Origin: Candidatus Woesearchaeota archaeon | GTDB taxonomy: Archaea > Nanobdellota > Nanobdellia > Woesearchaeales > GW2011-AR9 | Direction of reading: 5' to 3' | NCBI GenBank assembly: GCA_018303285.1 | Contig: JAGVYL010000019.1 | Location: forward strand, 1 to 51,423 | Length of the DNA: 51,423 bases | In this document: piece after piece, positions 46,843-51,423 of the stretch | Position numbering within the stretch: position 1 is the stretch's first letter | How the letters are laid out: every line of letters begins with the position of its first letter | Notes under the pieces: model-generated | Seen by the model: the letters and a program-made list of their open reading frames with translations, nothing else | Databases searched by the model: none | Told to the model about the DNA's origin: nothing | Translations under genes and position numbers: made by a program

Positions 46843-48396
46843 TTATCCTCTTAGTCCGACTGATTTATGCTGCCTAAACCAGTTCAGGCTGCCTGTCGCC
46901 CCCAGCATATTGCGGATATCTTTCTGCTGATGCAGCATCATTGCCAACCTTTCTATCCCTAATCCCCAAGCAATCACCGGCACATTGATTCCATACGGCT
47001 CCAATGATTCTGGTCGGAAAATGCCGGAATTGATCAGCTCTACCCATTTTCCTAACTGCTCGTTATAACCTAATGCTTCCATTGACGGCTCAGTATAAGG
47101 ATTATAAGTCGGCTTGAATTTTATCTTCTCGATGCCCATACGATGATAAAATTCTTTGATGTAACCCATCAGATCACGCAAAGTTAATCCTTCATCCATG
47201 ATAAATCCCTCGCTTTGGTGGAATTCCGGCAGATGAGTGGCATCAATAGATTCATTGCGGAATATCCGGCCGATGTAAAAATATTTGGCCGGCGGTTTGA
47301 TATTTTTTTCTCCGAAATAACGGAAAGTAGTGGCAGTTGTATGTGTTCTTAACAGCAGCTGCCTGGCCAAAGCCGGACTCCATTTGTATCCATATCCTTT
47401 AGAGCCGCATCTTCCTCCAAACTCATGCTCTTCCGCCACTTTCTTAGACAATTTTTCCGGCAATCTTCCTTCGTATGGCAAGTAAAATGTATCCTGGGCA
47501 TCTCGCGCAGGATGATCCTGGGGAATCCACATCGAATCCATGCACCAGAAAGCTGTTTCCACCAGCGGCCCTTCCATCTCTTTGAAACCCATGTCCAGAA
47601 ATATTCTTCTCACCTGATTGATACTCTCCTGCAGGGGATGTCTTCTTCCTCCGTAAATCTTAGGCACATTGATTTTCACATCATAATGACGGAACTCTTT
47701 TCCTTTCCACGCCTGCATCTTCAGCATTCCCGGAGTCAGAGAGCCGAGAGTATCCTTGTCTTCCATCTTCTGTTCAGTCAGCTGCTTACCGAAATCTGTA
47801 AGAATAATTTTTCTTTCAGTTACATCTTTGGTAGCTAAAACATTTTTTCTTTTCTTCAGCTCTTCATAAGCGTATTTATCTTCATGTATGATAGTGGCCA
47901 TATCAATTGGAAAGTTCTTATGCAGGAATTTCTCTTCCAGCCAGAGTTTTTCTAATAAAGATTTACCGATAGATGTTAGCTTTGCTTTTAACGCTCCGTC
48001 TGTCTGGATTTCAATAGCCGCTTTCTTTTTCAGCAACCCAAGAGAAACTTGTGCTTCTTCATCTGTCAGCATAGCCACTCGTTTGATATCTGATAAAGCC
48101 ACTCCTCCCTCAATGTTCTTCATTGCAAAAAGAAATCTTTTCTCTGGCAGGCCTTCTCGCAGGTATTTCTGGCCGTTGCCGTCCAATTCCACTAGAATCT
48201 TCTGCAGCTTTTCCAGCTTGATTGCTCCCCGGTTTTCCAGCCATTCCAAAGCCCGCATCACTTCCACTTCCTGCAGGCCGCTCAGCTTCACTGCTTCTGG
48301 AAAGGATTTGGCCGATTTAAGAATCAAAATGACTTTTCTCTCTAAAGGATGCAGCTGTTTTAAAGTCTTCTCTAGCTCTTTTTGCTCCATTGTCAA
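46843..48396 (-). CDS. pheS: Phenylalanine--tRNA ligase alpha subunit
   Basis: PQDHPARDAQDTFY, LLRTHTT, FRNESIDATHLPEFHQ, PYTEPS, WGLGIERLAM. Confidence 0.97.
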   Translation of the reverse strand: MTMEQKELEKTLKQLHPLERKVILILKSAKSFPEAVKLSGLQEVEVMRALEWLENRGAIKLEKLQKILVELDGNGQKYLREGLPEKRFLFAMKNIEGGVALSDIKRVAMLTDEEAQVSLGLLKKKAAIEIQTDGALKAKLTSIGKSLLEKLWLEEKFLHKNFPIDMATIIHEDKYAYEELKKRKNVLATKDVTERKIILTDFGKQLTEQKMEDKDTLGSLTPGMLKMQAWKGKEFRHYDVKINVPKIYGGRRHPLQESINQVRRIFLDMGFKEMEGPLVETAFWCMDSMWIPQDHPARDAQDTFYLPYEGRLPEKLSKKVAEEHEFGGRCGSKGYGYKWSPALARQLLLRTHTTATTFRYFGEKNIKPPAKYFYIGRIFRNESIDATHLPEFHQSEGFIMDEGLTLRDLMGYIKEFYHRMGIEKIKFKPTYNPYTEPSMEALGYNEQLGKWVELINSGIFRPESLEPYGINVPVIAWGLGIERLAMMLHQQKDIRNMLGATGSLNWFRQHKSVGLRG

Positions 48397-48477
48397 GGAA
48401 GAATAATAAGAAGTTTATAAGGCTTTTTATATTGGAAAAATAAAATAATAAAAAAACTTCTTTCCACTAAGAATTAC

Positions 48478-49737
48478 TCAAACTGTGTCTAAATTGTAGG
48501 GCAAAATAAACCTAACCGATTTGTCCTTTTTTTGTTTAGATAGATTTATTATAACCCCTTCAACTACTTGGGCGTATGATTCAAGAAAAACATTAAGGCT
48601 CTTCTGATTTTCAAGCTTTAATTCTTCTTTAAACTTAACTTCCAGAGGAATACTCTTGCCGTCTTTCTCCAAAATAAAGTCTACTTCATTAAAATTTTTA
48701 TCCTGCCAAAATCTAATCCCTTTATTGCCCCGCTTAAGCAGCTCTGATAAGATAAAACCTTCAAATAAAAATCCCGAATCATTTCGTAACCTCAATTCAT
48801 TGAAATTATTTATAAAATAATTCCTCACCCCATTATCCAAGAAATAAATCTTTGGTATCTTCACTAATTCTTTGTTTTTATTGGTGTAAAATGGCCGGAT
48901 TTCTTTAATCAGGTACGTTTCGAACAGAACTTCGAGGTATTTTTTTATCTCATTAAAACTCAGGGAAGTTATTTTAGAAATTTCTTCATATTTTATCTTT
49001 TGCCCGTTATTTATCGCTAAAAACTCAATTAATTTTTTAACTTCTAAAAGTTTATTGATATTAAGATATTCCACCAGATCTTTTTTTACGTATAAATCAA
49101 AAATACTCTCTAAAACCAATTTTTTTTCTTCAAGGCTATGTTTTAGGGCGACCTCAGGATAACCTCCAAAAATCATAAATTCTTCCATAAATCGCCGGTA
49201 GTCTTTTAGCGATTGATTTAGCTTATCTCCTTTCAATTTGGAAAGGTTCTTCAGATTGCTGGCTAGTTTGTCCTCATTTTTAAAAGTTAAAAATTCTTCA
49301 AAATCTAAGGGAAATATCTCGAGGATTATTTTTCTTCCGGCCAAAGATTCCTGAATTTGATTTTTTATGGCAAGGGAAGACGAGCCGGAGGCAAAGATTT
49401 TGACATTGGGCAGATTATCATACACATTCTTCATAATTTTTGAAACTGCAGAATACCTCTGGAATTCATCCAAGAACAAATAAAAAAATTCTGTTTGCTT
49501 TTCGCTATATCCGTTAATCTTCAGCAGATTTAAAAGACTCTCAAAAGTGCTTATCTTTTCATAATTGCTTAGGATGTCTAAATCCAAAAACAAGCATTTA
49601 TTTTTAAGAGAGAGCTCCTCAGAAAGCATTTTCAGAAGGGTTGTTTTGCCTACCTGCCTCGCTCCGATTAGCAGGGAAATCTTTCTGTCTTTGGCTTGAG
49701 CTTCCAGTTTTTTCAATATTTTTCTCGTCAATGCCAT
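48478..49737 (-). CDS. AAA+ ATPase (AAA_14) with DUF4143/PD-(D/E)xK-like C-terminus
   Basis: GARQVGKTT, LDEFQ, SGSSS, ESLAGR, FGGYPE, PKIYFLDNG, EVDFI...PLEVK. Confidence 0.92.
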   Translation of the reverse strand: MALTRKILKKLEAQAKDRKISLLIGARQVGKTTLLKMLSEELSLKNKCLFLDLDILSNYEKISTFESLLNLLKINGYSEKQTEFFYLFLDEFQRYSAVSKIMKNVYDNLPNVKIFASGSSSLAIKNQIQESLAGRKIILEIFPLDFEEFLTFKNEDKLASNLKNLSKLKGDKLNQSLKDYRRFMEEFMIFGGYPEVALKHSLEEKKLVLESIFDLYVKKDLVEYLNINKLLEVKKLIEFLAINNGQKIKYEEISKITSLSFNEIKKYLEVLFETYLIKEIRPFYTNKNKELVKIPKIYFLDNGVRNYFINNFNELRLRNDSGFLFEGFILSELLKRGNKGIRFWQDKNFNEVDFILEKDGKSIPLEVKFKEELKLENQKSLNVFLESYAQVVEGVIINLSKQKKDKSVRFILPYNLDTV

Positions 49738-49789
49738 ATTCTAAAATTGCTCTTATTTTAATTTTAGATTAATCCAAAACTTATGTATA

Positions 49790-49906
49790 CTAAATTATAG
49801 AATAACTACTATTTAAACCTTTCGGTGTTTTTGTGTAACAAAAGTCCGCCTGCCGTAGTCTTAAGCTTCCATCTCTTAACAATACTCGAATTATTCCCTC
49901 ATTCAT
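49790..49906 (-). pseudogene. Probable truncated partner (HEPN-type toxin?) of the MNT gene
   Basis: ATG overlaps the MNT stop (ATGA); MNEGIIRVLLRDGSLRLRQAD then runs into the ATPase promoter and stops at 38 aa. Confidence 0.4.
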
Positions 49907-50478
49907 TTTAACTCCAAAAAGCCGTTTAGCACTATTCCATTAGTGATATTTATTAATACATTCTTGTCGGTCTTTTTGGGATTAAACAAATGTAGTTGGA
50001 TGCTTCTTTTAAAAACTTTCTCAAAACCAGCTAGATCATCTAATCTAACGACTTCGTAATCATCCCGGTGCTCTACGGCAATGTCTATATCTGAGGTTGA
50101 GATGTCTTCCCCTTTTCTAAAGCTACCGAAGAGGATTATTGCCCGGGGATTCTGGTAATAGTCGTTTAGAAAATCTATCAGTCCGCTTTGATAAATCAGA
50201 TTGAGATTATATACAATTTTACTCCTTAAGAACATCTGGCTCTTAAGATTAGCCCTGATTCTCCAGAGATTACTCAAAGTTTCAATGATGATAAGCTCTC
50301 TTTTTTCCAGAAAGCGCAGGAAGCCGCCGGCATTAGATTTTTTAACCCCGCTTAAGCGAGCAGCTTCAGACAAGCTAAACTCCTTATCCGGCATGATAAA
50401 GAAGATTTCTAAAATCCTTTGCAAACTAGACTCCATAAACAACGTACGGTTCCTTTTAATAACTATAAGTTCCTTCAT
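49903..50478 (-). CDS. HTH + minimal nucleotidyltransferase (MNT antitoxin-like)
   Basis: EFSLSEAARLSGV HTH; ILFGSFRKGED...SDIDIAV; KRSIQLH. Confidence 0.9.
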   Translation of the reverse strand: MKELIVIKRNRTLFMESSLQRILEIFFIMPDKEFSLSEAARLSGVKKSNAGGFLRFLEKRELIIIETLSNLWRIRANLKSQMFLRSKIVYNLNLIYQSGLIDFLNDYYQNPRAIILFGSFRKGEDISTSDIDIAVEHRDDYEVVRLDDLAGFEKVFKRSIQLHLFNPKKTDKNVLINITNGIVLNGFLELK

Positions 50479-50604
50479 ATAACAATAGTTATAATAAAGA
50501 ACTATATAAATCTTCCTATTGGAAATTCTTACGCCCCCGCATGAATCAGTTTACGGCTTCTATACAGAAACATTTTTATTGAAGCCGGCTTTTTCCCTCT
50601 TGGT

Positions 50605-50757
50605 GGGCCCGTAGCTCAGCTTGGTTTTGGGGTATCAACCCAACAAGAATAGAGCACCGGTCTTATACGGCCAGCATCGGTACAACCTAAGTCAGCCGGT
50701 GGTCGGGAGTTCAAAAAGCCAGGAAAAAATGATGGCTGGAAAGTCTCCCCGGGCCCA
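50605..50757 (+). tRNA. tRNA-Ile(TAT) with three introns (50626-50649 D-loop, 50668-50693 at 37/38, 50716-50743 T-loop 59/60)
   Basis: GGGCCCG/CGGGCCC acceptor, GCTC/GAGC D-stem, CCGGT/GCCGG anticodon stem, GGGAG/CTCCC T-stem; each insert forms a BHB-like motif. Confidence 0.9.
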
Positions 50758-50769
50758 CGTTTTTTATCA

Positions 50770-50849
50770 TAAAAATCTGCCGCAGGTGTCCTACTCCGCA
50801 CTAAAGTGAGGAGTTTGTTCGGACACCTGCTTTAACAAGCAGATTTTTA
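50770..50849. repeat. Long imperfect palindrome downstream of tRNA-Ile
   Basis: TAAAAATCTGC/GCAGATTTTTA, GCAGGTGTCC/GGACACCTGC, ACTCC/GGAGT nested. Confidence 0.8.
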
Positions 50850-50853
50850 GGAT

Positions 50854-50961
50854 GCTCAGAAATGCTCATCCTCGCATTAAAGCATCAGAAATTAAAAATT
50901 TCTGAGTGTGCTCAAAAACATAAGTTTTTGACATGCGAGGTTTTCGCAAGCATTTCTGACA
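50854..50961. repeat. Nested palindromic element containing a double-hairpin module
   Basis: TCAGAAATGCT/AGCATTTCTGA, CCTCGCAT/ATGCGAGG; inner TCAGAAATT/AATTTCTGA and TCAAAAAC/GTTTTTGA. Confidence 0.8.
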
Positions 50962-51005
50962 TAACAAAAGTGACCAAGTTCAGTTTAACAAGAAAAAAGA
51001 TATAT

Positions 51006-51422
51006 CTATTTCTTACTTTTAGCTGCACATACATCTACGGGACAGACTAATTGACAACCCGCAGGGAGATCATAGTTATGATCTTCGTCTGTTCCGCCAG
51101 TAGTTTTTGTAGTAGTCGGAATAATAGTTTTTGTAGTAGTCGGTGTAATAGTCTTAGGAGTTGTACTAATTTTAAGGGTCTTGCAGCCATCTGTTTCAAA
51201 TTTACAGGTATTTGCACATGTTAAACTTCCTCCGCTAAATCCTTTAGTTGCGCAAGTTTGGCTACCCAAAGATGCACCATCACATTCTTCTTTTCCTTCA
51301 AGTTTGTTGTTTCCGCACGTAGCAGTGGGTGGTATGTACATGGTTATCTCCTTAGCAGAAACACAATCACAACCTGGGCTGTACAAACTAATAAGGTTGG
51401 ATGCAGAATCTCCAAAAGTGAA
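51006..51422 (-). CDS. 3' part of a Cys-rich surface protein (runs off the window edge)
   Basis: Frame is open to the window end; CGNNKLEGKEECDG...C..C..C (Myxococcus-type Cys-rich repeat); Thr-rich linker with a 24-bp tandem repeat at 51101-51148. Confidence 0.75.
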   Translation of the reverse strand, partial: FTFGDSASNLISLYSPGCDCVSAKEITMYIPPTATCGNNKLEGKEECDGASLGSQTCATKGFSGGSLTCANTCKFETDGCKTLKISTTPKTITPTTTKTIIPTTTKTTGGTDEDHNYDLPAGCQLVCPVDVCAAKSKK

Positions 51423-51423
51423 T

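Noticed and set aside
50616..51050. Short ORFs at 50616-50801, 50621-50809 and 50862-51050
   Set aside because: They overlap the intron-containing tRNA-Ile and the palindromic repeats

Overview
Chromosomal window from a small-genome archaeon, most likely DPANN (Woesearchaeota/Nanoarchaeota-like). The basis is archaeal ribosomal genes, CCA-less tRNAs with BHB introns, a tRNA-Ile(UAU) and many unassigned surface proteins; the taxonomy is inference. Housekeeping genes: rpl7ae, rps28e, rpl24e, ndk, truD, trmB-like regulator, pelota, rfcS, gpmA, EF-2, asnS, rpl35ae, dnaG, rpl34e, rpl14e, prs, pheS and pheT. There are four tRNAs: Tyr(GTA) with a 60-nt intron, Glu(TTC) with an 18-nt intron, Ala(CGC), and Ile(TAT) with three introns. 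Main observations: (1) a 1.3-kb integrase-less cassette with one AAA+/DUF4143 ATPase, bounded by a perfect 63-bp duplication of the rpl35ae 3' end; (2) small nested palindromic elements, including a covarying double-hairpin module downstream of two tRNAs, a 115-bp MITE-like element with an 8-bp target duplication, and a motif shared between that element and the tRNA-Tyr intron; (3) the triple-intron tRNA-Ile(UAU); (4) an operon of a pilin-like-leader protein, a membrane protein and three paralogous lipoproteins, plus a second operon of unknown membrane proteins; (5) two lesions in translation genes (rps28e/rpl24e junction replaced, and about 16 nt deleted in EF-2) that may be assembly errors. 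No CRISPR array, rRNA, integrase or transposase was seen.
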